From positions 27,035 through 91,034 of the forward strand of contig JAFGXT010000014.1 of NCBI GenBank assembly GCA_016936495.1: a stretch of DNA of 64,000 bases. Direction: 5' to 3'. A model generated the notes under the pieces. The model worked only from the letters and a program-made list of their open reading frames with translations. It had not been told where the DNA came from and did no database searches. The translations under genes and the position numbers were made by a program. Numbering within the stretch: position 1 is the first letter of the stretch; each line of letters opens with the position of its first letter. Below are positions 55,529 through 64,000 of the stretch, in pieces. This stretch comes from Victivallales bacterium (GTDB lineage: Bacteria; Verrucomicrobiota; Lentisphaeria; Victivallales; SZUA-371).

Positions 55529-55701
55529 AACTCAAGACAGATGTTAATCCGCACGAGGTAACTGGCAGTGCGCTTGATTTGTGACACACTATCTAGTTTC
55601 TCTAATATGCTTTTGCTAAAAAGCATCCTTTTTGCCGGATTTGCCAGCATTGTTAAAGGAAAATCAGCGAAGAGTATAACCCTCCCGCCCACATGCAAAG
55701 C

Positions 55702-55718
55702 AAGCTAAAATTTAGCTT
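55702..55718. promoter_or_regulatory. Perfect 17-bp palindrome upstream of the cassette 3 promoter
   Basis: AAGCTAAAATTTAGCTT, about 70 nt upstream of the -35 box. Confidence 0.3.
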
Positions 55719-55786
55719 CGTACTGAAAATTCACCTGGCAATACCTGGACAGTCTGAAAATATTCACGATTTATTTCTGTACTCTC

Positions 55787-55815
55787 TTGACATATGCCGG
55801 ATAGTCAGGTACAAT
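55787..55815 (+). promoter_or_regulatory. Near-consensus sigma70-type promoter of cassette 3
   Basis: TTGACA (55787-55792), 17-nt spacer, TACAAT (55810-55815). Confidence 0.5.
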
Positions 55816-55821
55816 ATTACT

Positions 55822-55843
55822 AAACAAGTTACAGAAACAAGTT
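55822..55843 (+). promoter_or_regulatory. Two 9-bp direct repeats (13-bp period) just downstream of the -10
   Basis: AAACAAGTT at 55822-55830 and at 55835-55843, between the promoter and the LacI start codon. Confidence 0.35.
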
Positions 55844-55858
55844 TACAAGGGTTTTGAC

Positions 55859-56845
55859 ATGGTATCAATGGATGATGTTGCAGCAAGAGCGAAAGTCTCA
55901 AAAGCGACGGTATCGCGAGTGCTTAACGGTAGGACTGGAGTATCCGACACGGTGTGTAAGCGGGTATTGGAAATCTGTCGCGAACTCAATTATACGATTA
56001 ATCATAATATTCAGGATCTGGTACTCAAGGGGCGCAACGGAACCACGCGCAATATCGCCATGGTACTGGTGGGGCGTGATTTTTCCGATCCGGCCTATGC
56101 CGCGCTGATGGATGGAGTAGCAGAGGGAATTCAACGTTTCAACTATAATCTGACGCTGGTAAAGCTTGATGGCGGCGAGCGTGATGTTTATGATTTGCCT
56201 CCAATGTTACGGGATGGGCGTGCCGATGGGATGCTGGTTTCCGGGGAGCTCAAGCCTGAACATTTGGAATTGTTCCGACAGATGGCAATGGAGACGATAG
56301 TGATTGGCAGTTATACTCCAGCATTGCTCAAGGGCTTAGGTTGTGTAGAGATTAATTTTCAAAAACGCGCCTTTGAAATTGTGGAAGCGGCACTCAAACA
56401 TGGCTGCCGCAGATTAGCGTTGTTTGAAGAAAATCCCGGCAATTATTCCGCCGAACTTTTCCTGCGCTTTATTGCTCAGGCCGCCGCGGAGTACGAGTTG
56501 GATTTTAACGAGCAGAATTATTACACCGGTACCGGAGCGTATAGTGGTGCCCGTGAATCGTTATTACCGGTGTTTCGCCAGGAACAATTGCCATTCGACT
56601 GTATGATATGCACGGATTATCGTACCGCGACAGAGATTTCTGCTATACTTTCCGCTCGATACGGTTTTGATGCGAAGCCGGATATGCTTATCATAACCAC
56701 TTCACCATATAGGCATTTCAGTTTATCCACTCCTGCCGTTTATCTTGATTGCGGCAGTCATGAACTGGCATTGACCAGCGTAACTCAGTTGGTCGGACGT
56801 TTACAGAGTAAGGATCGGCATCCTCAGGTTCTGATTCAGGTTTAA
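55859..56845 (+). CDS. LacI family transcriptional regulator
   Basis: SMDDVAARAKVSKATVSRVLNG HTH plus a PBP-type effector domain. Confidence 0.9.
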   Translation: MVSMDDVAARAKVSKATVSRVLNGRTGVSDTVCKRVLEICRELNYTINHNIQDLVLKGRNGTTRNIAMVLVGRDFSDPAYAALMDGVAEGIQRFNYNLTLVKLDGGERDVYDLPPMLRDGRADGMLVSGELKPEHLELFRQMAMETIVIGSYTPALLKGLGCVEINFQKRAFEIVEAALKHGCRRLALFEENPGNYSAELFLRFIAQAAAEYELDFNEQNYYTGTGAYSGARESLLPVFRQEQLPFDCMICTDYRTATEISAILSARYGFDAKPDMLIITTSPYRHFSLSTPAVYLDCGSHELALTSVTQLVGRLQSKDRHPQVLIQV

Positions 56846-56872
56846 AACATAAAACAACAGGAGACAACAATT

Positions 56873-57367
56873 ATGTACAAGACAATCCTCAGCTTATTGA
56901 CGCTCATCGCGATCATCACCGGCTTACAGGCGGGTAAAAAACAATTTATCCATTTTAACGCCAGTCAGATACAACGCCAGGCAAACAGTAAATATTGCGT
57001 TGTCGACAGTGTGAACAATACCATCACCATCTCCGGTGGCGCTCCCGAGGCGCAAGCCTCATGGCAGCACCTTGTCCTACCGTTTCCGTTCAAACCCGCA
57101 GCGGGCAAGATTTTCATCATCAGCGGGGGAATGCGTGCTTTCGATATGAGTGGCGCATTCAGAGTCGCTGCCAGACTGATTGACGCTTCCGGCAAATCCA
57201 TCTCATACGAAGGTGTTGTTATAAATAAAAATCAGGATTGGACGCCTTTTTCGAAGGAATTCACCGTTTCGGACAAAGTCGCCAAACTGGAACTGTATCT
57301 GATCGGTGTCAAACTCGGTTCAAGCAGCAAAGTTGAACTCAGAAAATTTGCGGTAGAAGAAAAATAA
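56873..57367 (+). CDS. Small secreted or anchored beta-sandwich (CBM-like) protein
   Basis: N-terminal hydrophobic leader [20 protein letters not shown]. The remaining ~140 aa have a beta-strand-rich pattern ending in [24 protein letters not shown], as in CBM4/22-like modules. No family was verified. Confidence 0.5.
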   Translation: MYKTILSLLTLIAIITGLQAGKKQFIHFNASQIQRQANSKYCVVDSVNNTITISGGAPEAQASWQHLVLPFPFKPAAGKIFIISGGMRAFDMSGAFRVAARLIDASGKSISYEGVVINKNQDWTPFSKEFTVSDKVAKLELYLIGVKLGSSSKVELRKFAVEEK

Positions 57368-57381
57368 CCAGGAGAGGAACA

Positions 57382-58092
57382 ATGCATTATAAGAAAACAG
57401 CATATTTTACGCTTATAGAGCTCTTAGTTGTGATTGCTATTATTGCAATTCTGGCTGGCATACTGCTCCCGGCGTTGAATATAGCAAGACTCAAGGCCAA
57501 AAGTATAAATTGCACCAATAATCTCAAACAGCTTGGTGTATCTTGGAACATGTATATAAATGATTATCAGAGATATCTTCCACAGCATGTAGCGACAAAC
57601 CCGTCAACCCTGTCATGGGGGTACATATTTTTCAATCAGGACTATATTTCGCTAAAATCCATGTATTGCGATCAGACGGAGATTTGTGCCAACAACGGCG
57701 GCTGGTACAAAAAATTTCTTGGATCATCCCGGAATGATGCCTCGAACGCATTCCATTTTCAATATGTAAGCTACGGCTACAATACTATTGGCATAGGCGA
57801 TGACTGGTATGGGAACGGCGGCAACAGAAATGATCCGCCAAAACCTGCCATTCCCGGCAAGATCATGATGCCGTCGTCAAAGATTTTATTGACGGAAACT
57901 ATTATGAGTGGAGCTGCCAGACCATATCATATCATAGATCAGGGAAATGCCTTGCTGGATCTTCGTCATCAATCTACCGCCAATTATTTGTGGGTTGATG
58001 GAAGGGTTAGTGCTGAACGCTTTACCTATTTAGAGCTACAAATGAATACAGACAATCGCAAGCGATATTTTCACCCATATTCTACATATTAA
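57382..58092 (+). CDS. Prepilin-type N-terminal domain protein with H-X9-DG motif (pseudopilin-like)
   Basis: [27 protein letters not shown]-terminus and C-terminal [12 protein letters not shown] (H-X9-DG). RBS AGGAGAGG. Confidence 0.85.
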   Translation: MHYKKTAYFTLIELLVVIAIIAILAGILLPALNIARLKAKSINCTNNLKQLGVSWNMYINDYQRYLPQHVATNPSTLSWGYIFFNQDYISLKSMYCDQTEICANNGGWYKKFLGSSRNDASNAFHFQYVSYGYNTIGIGDDWYGNGGNRNDPPKPAIPGKIMMPSSKILLTETIMSGAARPYHIIDQGNALLDLRHQSTANYLWVDGRVSAERFTYLELQMNTDNRKRYFHPYSTY

Positions 58093-58108
58093 CAATATAG
58101 GAAATATA

Positions 58109-61100
58109 ATGAAATCACAAAAATTAATGGTATTTGCATGCCTTTTTATGTTTATGGGCATGAAGCAGGTTTATGGAGAGAATTTACTTTCTGACCCCTC
58201 AATTCGTTGGGGAAATCGGGTGCGCAACGGAGCGGATGCCACAGTTGGAGCTGTTATTAACGGAACGATTGAAAGCGAAAGACGCAACCGTAGCGGCGAA
58301 GTAATGATCCTCAATGAAAATTATCTCTCTCTGACACCGGGAAAATATTATCAAGTGGAAGTGGAAGCAGCCGCTGCCACTCAAAAACAGAGTGTGGCTT
58401 TGATGTTGCAAATGCCAGGTAGTAAGCGTCGTCCTTTTCCAATTACAAACATTACATTGGCGGCTGGGGAGAAAACCCGCATAACAATGAATTTCCACGC
58501 GAATGAAGATGAAAAATCTCTGCGTATACATATTATTCATCTGGATCCGGGCAAATTGCTTATCAGTCAGATACAATGCGGGGAAATCTCTGAAGCAACA
58601 TATATGGAACGGAGAAAAGGAACAACGCTTACCAGCTGGAAATGCTCAGGAGATTCTTTAGGAAAAATTTTCAAAGCGTTCAACGCGCTTGATTCCGGAA
58701 TCAAAGAAGGAATTCTGGAAGCAAAGGTATTGCCCTATGGCAATGGATTCATCGCCAACAACGTAGCGTGGGCGGCTTCGAAAATAGAGACGGTGGAAGT
58801 AACTTTCCGTGCTTTCGATGAAGGAGGACACTTGTATTTCAACTTTAAATGTGTTGATGACGGCAAAGAGTTAAGCTCCTTCATGACTGCCGCCATGCCT
58901 GCGGACGGCAAATTTCATACTATAAGATTTAATGTGGCACAAGACAAAGCCTGGCGCGGACAAGTAAAAGAACTTAAACTCTCATGGCATAATCTCTACA
59001 ATCCGTGTCGCATATCTTTGGCTTCAATCGAAGCGAAAAGCTTTGACAATCTGATTGTTAACGCAGATCGGCTCAAACCTGGGACCTCAAACTTTGTCGA
59101 TCTCATAAAGCCCAGAGGCAACTATTTACTGGAATGGAAAGGTCAAAGTAATCCCGGCATTCGTCTGGAACTGCTTGATCGCAGGCATGATGTCATTGAA
59201 ACTATAGAGTTGCCAAAGAATGAAATGCAGCGCAAATTTTCTGCGCCGGAGCTGACCGTCAATGCCAGACTTTCCATTGGCATCGATGGCAGCGGCATTC
59301 CAGTTCTGAAACTCCTTGAGCTTCCTCCCGTCAACCGCAATGACTCCTCATGGAAAGCTAAATGGATATGGAGCAGAAATGGTTCTGGACCAAATAATAC
59401 CACCGTCTGGTTCCGTCGCGAGTTCAAACTGGCCGATACTCCGGTCAACGCATCTTTGTTGGCTACCGGCGACGACAGTATGGAGGCCATTATCAATGGC
59501 AAGTACATTAACGTCTCCTCCGCTTGGGATATTCCGGGACTTATTGATATTAGCAAACTGCTCAAGACCGGCAACAATGAAGTAATTCTGAAAGTCCACA
59601 ACCATCAGGCATGGGGCGGAGCGATCGCAGAACTATATATTAATTCAAAGAATGACAAAGACATCTGGATATTGACCGATGAATCATGGAAATGCGCGGA
59701 AGGCAGCAAGCAGCCCGCGCTTATCGACAAAGACGTGCATGTAATCGGATCGGTTCCGGCCATGCCCTGGGGTAATCGACTTGGATACCAGTATATCGGC
59801 CCTAAAGTGCAGGTGTCTATGCTTGAATCCAGCCACCAGAACTTTACGCTTGATGTTATACAAGTTCCCGTCGGACTGTTCTCGGATAAACTTGGAATGC
59901 GGCTTGTCATGCCGGATGGTTCCTCACGGCAGACGCAAGCCATAATCCGTCCCCCCCTAAGTGAATGGAAGCCGGGCAGAATTACCGTTGCCTACACGCT
60001 CCCTCCTCAAAGCGCCAAGCACAGCGGGGAAGCCATGATGTATATAGAATCCCCTATGGTGAAAGTTGTCAATCAGCTTCCGGCAGGGAAAATAAGCATT
60101 GGGAAAAGCGGACGTAAAGAACTCGCTTACGCCGCCATGACCGGCGCTGGATCGCGTCCCTGGTTTGTCATCAACGGAGAGAAAATCCCGCCGATTTACT
60201 ATGATCTTCCCGGCAATTTCATCACCGGTCCGGAACAACGTGATTTTCTGGTGCGCAACGCCGTCTCGGGCGGACATCGCGTAATCAGGATGGCTCATAA
60301 CGTTTATGATATCTGGAAAGCTCCGGGACGCTATGATTTCAGTTCAATCGACAAGGCAATGGAAACTATTGTTCTAAATGCTCCAGACGCTTATGTCCTG
60401 ATGGTTTCAGCCACATATATGCCGCGCTGGTGGCTGGAGAAAAATCCCGATGAAGCCGTAAAATTTCATGGAGGAGAAGCGCTGAGCCGGGGAGATGACT
60501 TTCAGACTATATCATCCAGAAAATGGCTTGATGAATTACGAGTATTCTATTCTAAACTGTTCGAACATATAAGAAAGTCCTCCTATGCGGGAAAAATAAT
60601 CGGTCTAGCGCCGACCGATGGCAGTACCTGGGAGTGGATGTGGAGTCATGGACGCGGGCATAGTAAACGCGTATACAGCGGCTGGGCGCCTGCGGACATC
60701 AACGCCTATCGCGCTTTTCTCCGCAAGAAGTACAAAACCGATGAGCAACTGGCAAGAGCCTGGAATCGTCCGGATCTGCGCTTCGAAAAGGTACTGCCCC
60801 CGACTCCAGAGCGTATCGATCAGGCATCGGTCGTTGACATGCTTGATCCATCAAAAGATATGGACATAATTGATTACTCCATTGCACGCAATGAAATACT
60901 TTCCGACTCCTTCATCGCGATATGCAAAATGATTAAGGACAATTCAAACAATCAATGGCTTGCCGGATCATATTACGGCTATATGGTAATGTTCAGTTTT
61001 ATGTCTTTCTATCTTCAGGACGGCGGTCATATGCGCATCAGTAAAATAGCCCGCTCGCCATATGTGGATTTTGTCTATGGCCCGACAGTATATCATTGGC

Positions 61101-62227
61101 GTAAACTTGGTGTCGCAGATGGACCGATGCAACCAGCGGAAGCCTTTTCCTCTCATGGTAAAACGGTTATCTGTGAACTTGACGTCCGCACATTCACCGA
61201 AAAGACGGAGTACGAAGCACGCAACGGTAGAGTTAATACCGTCGACCAGTCTGTCAGTATGATGAACCGCGCCTTCGGAATGATGCTGACCCGCGGTATG
61301 GGCGGACATTGGATGGAGATGTATGAACGCTGGTTTTGCGAACCGGTATTGCTGGAACTGATGAAATATCAATTGGATTTATATCGCGATCTGCCTGAAA
61401 AACCGGCAGGAACCACTCCGCGTGAAGTATGTGTGGTATCTGACGAAGATAGTACCTTCCATGTAAAAACCAATATGGGTAACGGCATTCATGTTTCATT
61501 GATCGCGGAATTGATGCGCCGTCTGCCGGAAACCGGGGTTTCTTTTGGACATGTACTTAAAGACGACCTACTGGAACCCGGAAAAATTCCGCCTCATAAG
61601 ATGTATATCATCACTAATTTGTTCCTGCTTGATGAAAAAGAACGCTCTGCGCTTATCAAACGTTTTGAAGAAGAAAAAGCCACCGTCTTATGGCTGTATG
61701 CTCCCGGTGCCATCATGCCCGGACAGAAACCTGACGCCATCAATGTTTCAAAATTGCTGGGACCGGGATTCACCATGCTTAAATCTCGCCAGAACATGCA
61801 ATTGAAATGTCCCGGAGCCGACGATATTATATGCCGTTCCATAACCGGTCCGTGGTTTCTTCCCGTTGACGGCTTTGATCAAATAATAGCCACCACGCAG
61901 GACAATTCTCCGGCGATAGTGAAATGGCGGCGCAATAATACCGTCAACTATTTTTCTCCCGTTCCCAACCTTTCCCCAAAATTGCTCCGCGATATCGCCG
62001 CTGAAGCCGGAGTACACATTTATTCAGATAGCGGAGATCCGGTCAGCGTCGGCAATGATTTTATTTTTCTCCATGCAAAAACCGGAGGAGAAAAATCGTT
62101 CAGACTACGGGAAGGACAACATGCACGAGCTATCGCCGGCCCGCTGAAAGGCAACTTGATTTCCGGTCAGAAATGGCAGGCATTGCCTGGTCAAACCTAT
62201 GGCTTCATGATTGAAACGCACAGATAA
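58109..62227 (+). CDS. Secreted 1372-aa multidomain putative glycoside hydrolase (CBM-like + galactose-binding-like + GH42-like barrel)
   Basis: Signal peptide ...FMFMGMKQVYGE. WKAKWIWS...TVWFRREFKL...NNEVILKVHNHQAWGG is a galactose-binding-domain-like pattern. The C-terminal half has YMPRWWLEKNPDE and LARAWNRPDLRFEKVLPPTPER, reminiscent of GH42-type enzymes. Family not verified. Confidence 0.55.
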   Translation: MKSQKLMVFACLFMFMGMKQVYGENLLSDPSIRWGNRVRNGADATVGAVINGTIESERRNRSGEVMILNENYLSLTPGKYYQVEVEAAAATQKQSVALMLQMPGSKRRPFPITNITLAAGEKTRITMNFHANEDEKSLRIHIIHLDPGKLLISQIQCGEISEATYMERRKGTTLTSWKCSGDSLGKIFKAFNALDSGIKEGILEAKVLPYGNGFIANNVAWAASKIETVEVTFRAFDEGGHLYFNFKCVDDGKELSSFMTAAMPADGKFHTIRFNVAQDKAWRGQVKELKLSWHNLYNPCRISLASIEAKSFDNLIVNADRLKPGTSNFVDLIKPRGNYLLEWKGQSNPGIRLELLDRRHDVIETIELPKNEMQRKFSAPELTVNARLSIGIDGSGIPVLKLLELPPVNRNDSSWKAKWIWSRNGSGPNNTTVWFRREFKLADTPVNASLLATGDDSMEAIINGKYINVSSAWDIPGLIDISKLLKTGNNEVILKVHNHQAWGGAIAELYINSKNDKDIWILTDESWKCAEGSKQPALIDKDVHVIGSVPAMPWGNRLGYQYIGPKVQVSMLESSHQNFTLDVIQVPVGLFSDKLGMRLVMPDGSSRQTQAIIRPPLSEWKPGRITVAYTLPPQSAKHSGEAMMYIESPMVKVVNQLPAGKISIGKSGRKELAYAAMTGAGSRPWFVINGEKIPPIYYDLPGNFITGPEQRDFLVRNAVSGGHRVIRMAHNVYDIWKAPGRYDFSSIDKAMETIVLNAPDAYVLMVSATYMPRWWLEKNPDEAVKFHGGEALSRGDDFQTISSRKWLDELRVFYSKLFEHIRKSSYAGKIIGLAPTDGSTWEWMWSHGRGHSKRVYSGWAPADINAYRAFLRKKYKTDEQLARAWNRPDLRFEKVLPPTPERIDQASVVDMLDPSKDMDIIDYSIARNEILSDSFIAICKMIKDNSNNQWLAGSYYGYMVMFSFMSFYLQDGGHMRISKIARSPYVDFVYGPTVYHWRKLGVADGPMQPAEAFSSHGKTVICELDVRTFTEKTEYEARNGRVNTVDQSVSMMNRAFGMMLTRGMGGHWMEMYERWFCEPVLLELMKYQLDLYRDLPEKPAGTTPREVCVVSDEDSTFHVKTNMGNGIHVSLIAELMRRLPETGVSFGHVLKDDLLEPGKIPPHKMYIITNLFLLDEKERSALIKRFEEEKATVLWLYAPGAIMPGQKPDAINVSKLLGPGFTMLKSRQNMQLKCPGADDIICRSITGPWFLPVDGFDQIIATTQDNSPAIVKWRRNNTVNYFSPVPNLSPKLLRDIAAEAGVHIYSDSGDPVSVGNDFIFLHAKTGGEKSFRLREGQHARAIAGPLKGNLISGQKWQALPGQTYGFMIETHR

Positions 62228-62240
62228 TACAGGATTGATC

Positions 62241-64000
62241 ATGACTGAATTAGATTATCGCCCCACACCGTTCTGGTTCTGGAATCACCGGCTGGAAAAA
62301 GAGGAAATAGAACTTCAGGTCAAACTTATGGCCGACGCCGGATGTGGAGGATTCTTTATCCACCCCAGAGCCGGGCTGAAAACGCCATATCTGTCTGAAG
62401 CCTGTTTCGAGGCGGTCGGCTGGGCGGGATACGCGGCAGAGAAATACGGCGTCAAGGCATGGCTTTATGATGAAGACCCTTTCCCTTCAGGCGCGGCTGG
62501 CGGGAGTATATTTTTCGAACATCCGGAATTCGCGGCACGCTCCATTCGTTTCTATGAACTGGAGCCGGACACAAGTGGACTTGTGGAAGGTGATGTGGGC
62601 AAAGGTATTATCCTTGAAGCCTGGGGAATTCGCTGCGATGATGATGGAAAACAGCTTGAACAGTGTGATCTATCCACTTACGTGGGCGTAGTCAGGCCGG
62701 ATTTCTTCATGACGGCATGGGATAATTCCTATTATGCGCAGATATCCGGCAAAGAACGTTTTCCGCATTACCGGGGAGAATGCTTTTATCCCCGCAACCG
62801 CTTTAGTTGTCAATTGCAAGGTAAAGGCTGGAAAGTCTATGTAGTAACCGCCGAAATTATGGCGGGAACAGAGAAATATGGCGCGATGCCGGACAACCTC
62901 AACCATGAATGCGTGAGTTTTTTTATTAATAAAACCCACGAAGAATACCGCAAACGCTTCGGGGATAAGTTTGGAACCGTTATTCCCGGAATATTTACCG
63001 ATGAACCAGCAATGGGTGGTTCACCCCCGTGGACCGGGGAATTGGAGTCGTGTTTTCTTGCCGAACATGGCTACAGCTTGCGAGGTAATTACGCTTATCT
63101 GTTCACGGACGGGGATAATGAAATGACTGCCAAAGTAAGGCTGGACTACTGGAATACCGTCGATGCGTTGTTTGCCCGTAATTATTTCGGACAAATAAGC
63201 TCATGGTGCCACAAGAATAATCTGCTGCTGGTCGGACATTGTATCGGCGAGGAAAGTCCAACGTCCAGTGGTGGCGGCACTTCTCTTGCAGATATGCAGA
63301 AATATTTCGACATCCCTGGTTTTGATCACATCACCAATAATATTCCTAACGGTGATTTTCAGTCCCTCAATTTTGGCGGCAAGCTAATCGCTTCTGCTGC
63401 CGCCCGTGCGGGAATCCCTCGGATCATGAGTGAATGTTTCGCGTGCAATCCCTTTAATTTCGGCATGGATGGTATGAAAAAAATTGCCAGTTGGCTGTTT
63501 TCCTTAGGTATAAACTATCTCGTGCCACACGGATTCTTTTATTCGTATGACGGGTTTCGCAAATATGAAGCGGGTAAATCATTTTTCTTTCAAGACCCTG
63601 AATTCGCGCGTTTTAAAGATTTTTCCACGTGGGCTGCCGGTATAGGAGAGCTTTTAGGACAATCTTCGCTCCTGGCGCATCTTTGCCTGATTGTACCGAT
63701 GGAGCAGATTCGTTCTTTGCTTCCAGCTCACCCTGAACAAGCCCGAATATTAGAGGAAAAGGTGTTTGCTACGGTAAAACAATTAATGGAGCATCAGATA
63801 CAATTTGATCTTATCGACGAGCGTACACTGCAACAAGGGCGCGTCAGCTCCGGACATATATATTGCGGTAAACAAACTTACAGCGAAGTGCTTATGGCAG
63901 TAGATGACTCTCAATTATCAGCGTGGTGCGGCGATTACAGCATACGCCATCATATGCTGCCACGTGATCTGGAACACATCGCCGCACTCTGCGGTTTGGC
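62241..64000 (+). CDS. Putative cytoplasmic glycoside hydrolase (PFWFWN-type N-terminus); 3' end runs off the window
   Basis: Missing from the ORF track because no stop lies in the window. The frame is open from ATG 62241 to 64000. It reads MTELDYRPTPFWFWNHRLEKEE...GGFFIHPRAGL...AWLYDEDPFPSGAAGG...GIFTDEPA, a pattern I associate with uncharacterised GH (GH106/GH2-like) annotations. No signal peptide. Confidence 0.55.
   Translation, partial: MTELDYRPTPFWFWNHRLEKEEIELQVKLMADAGCGGFFIHPRAGLKTPYLSEACFEAVGWAGYAAEKYGVKAWLYDEDPFPSGAAGGSIFFEHPEFAARSIRFYELEPDTSGLVEGDVGKGIILEAWGIRCDDDGKQLEQCDLSTYVGVVRPDFFMTAWDNSYYAQISGKERFPHYRGECFYPRNRFSCQLQGKGWKVYVVTAEIMAGTEKYGAMPDNLNHECVSFFINKTHEEYRKRFGDKFGTVIPGIFTDEPAMGGSPPWTGELESCFLAEHGYSLRGNYAYLFTDGDNEMTAKVRLDYWNTVDALFARNYFGQISSWCHKNNLLLVGHCIGEESPTSSGGGTSLADMQKYFDIPGFDHITNNIPNGDFQSLNFGGKLIASAAARAGIPRIMSECFACNPFNFGMDGMKKIASWLFSLGINYLVPHGFFYSYDGFRKYEAGKSFFFQDPEFARFKDFSTWAAGIGELLGQSSLLAHLCLIVPMEQIRSLLPAHPEQARILEEKVFATVKQLMEHQIQFDLIDERTLQQGRVSSGHIYCGKQTYSEVLMAVDDSQLSAWCGDYSIRHHMLPRDLEHIAALCGL

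Noticed and set aside
1-64000. Scan for CRISPR repeats, IS/transposase or integrase genes, rRNA, toxin-antitoxin pairs and classical defence genes (nucleases, helicases, methyltransferase-restriction pairs)
   Set aside because: None was recognised. The only methyltransferase (9376-9948) looks like a small-molecule or lipid enzyme with no restriction partner. The window reads as core and glycan-utilisation chromosome rather than a mobile or defence island.

Overview
Densely coding 64-kb chromosomal segment with about 45 CDS and moderate GC. I saw no rRNA, tRNA, CRISPR array, transposase or integrase. All product calls come from motifs I recognise in the supplied translations; no database search was possible. 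Gene content suggests a PVC-superphylum bacterium (Lentisphaerota, Kiritimatiellota or Verrucomicrobiota-like). The grounds are three proteins with the pilin-like N-terminus [17 protein letters not shown] plus a C-terminal H-X9-DG motif, many CAZymes, and Cys-type sulfatases with an anaerobic maturase. Left to right: (1) partial DUF115/Maf-like gene; (2) FMN riboswitch with terminator, then ribBA-ribH-nusB-ftsY-ribD; (3) FIST sensor with a Cys-rich CKKIR tail; (4) glyQS, a SAM methyltransferase and a metallophosphoesterase; (5) MATE-MarR operon with a palindromic operator; (6) cassette 1: GntR/PBP regulator, H-X9-DG pseudopilin, two beta-helix proteins; (7) IclR-headed operon of three signal-peptide-less sulfatases, a TauE exporter and an anSME; (8) cassette 2: LacI, pseudopilin, GH39-like enzyme, 1147-aa secreted multi-CBM enzyme; (9) Arn-like module: GT-C membrane transferase facing GT2, WecD-like and WecE genes; (10) CPA2 antiporter fused to an EIIA(Ntr)-like domain; (11) glycogen operon: 1413-aa GH13+GDE_C debranching enzyme, stand-alone CBM48, glgP, glgA, glgB, DUF1015; (12) two orphan small proteins; (13) cassette 3: LacI, small CBM-like protein, pseudopilin, 1372-aa secreted enzyme, partial cytoplasmic GH. 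The best candidate for an undescribed system is the thrice-repeated regulator, H-X9-DG pseudopilin, CAZyme cassette, which looks like a pilin-linked polysaccharide utilisation locus. Other points of interest are the cytoplasmic sulfatase/exporter operon, the Arn-like Fuc4NAc module, eukaryote-style glycogen enzymes, and a recurrent 30-nt TG/CA-rich intergenic element.
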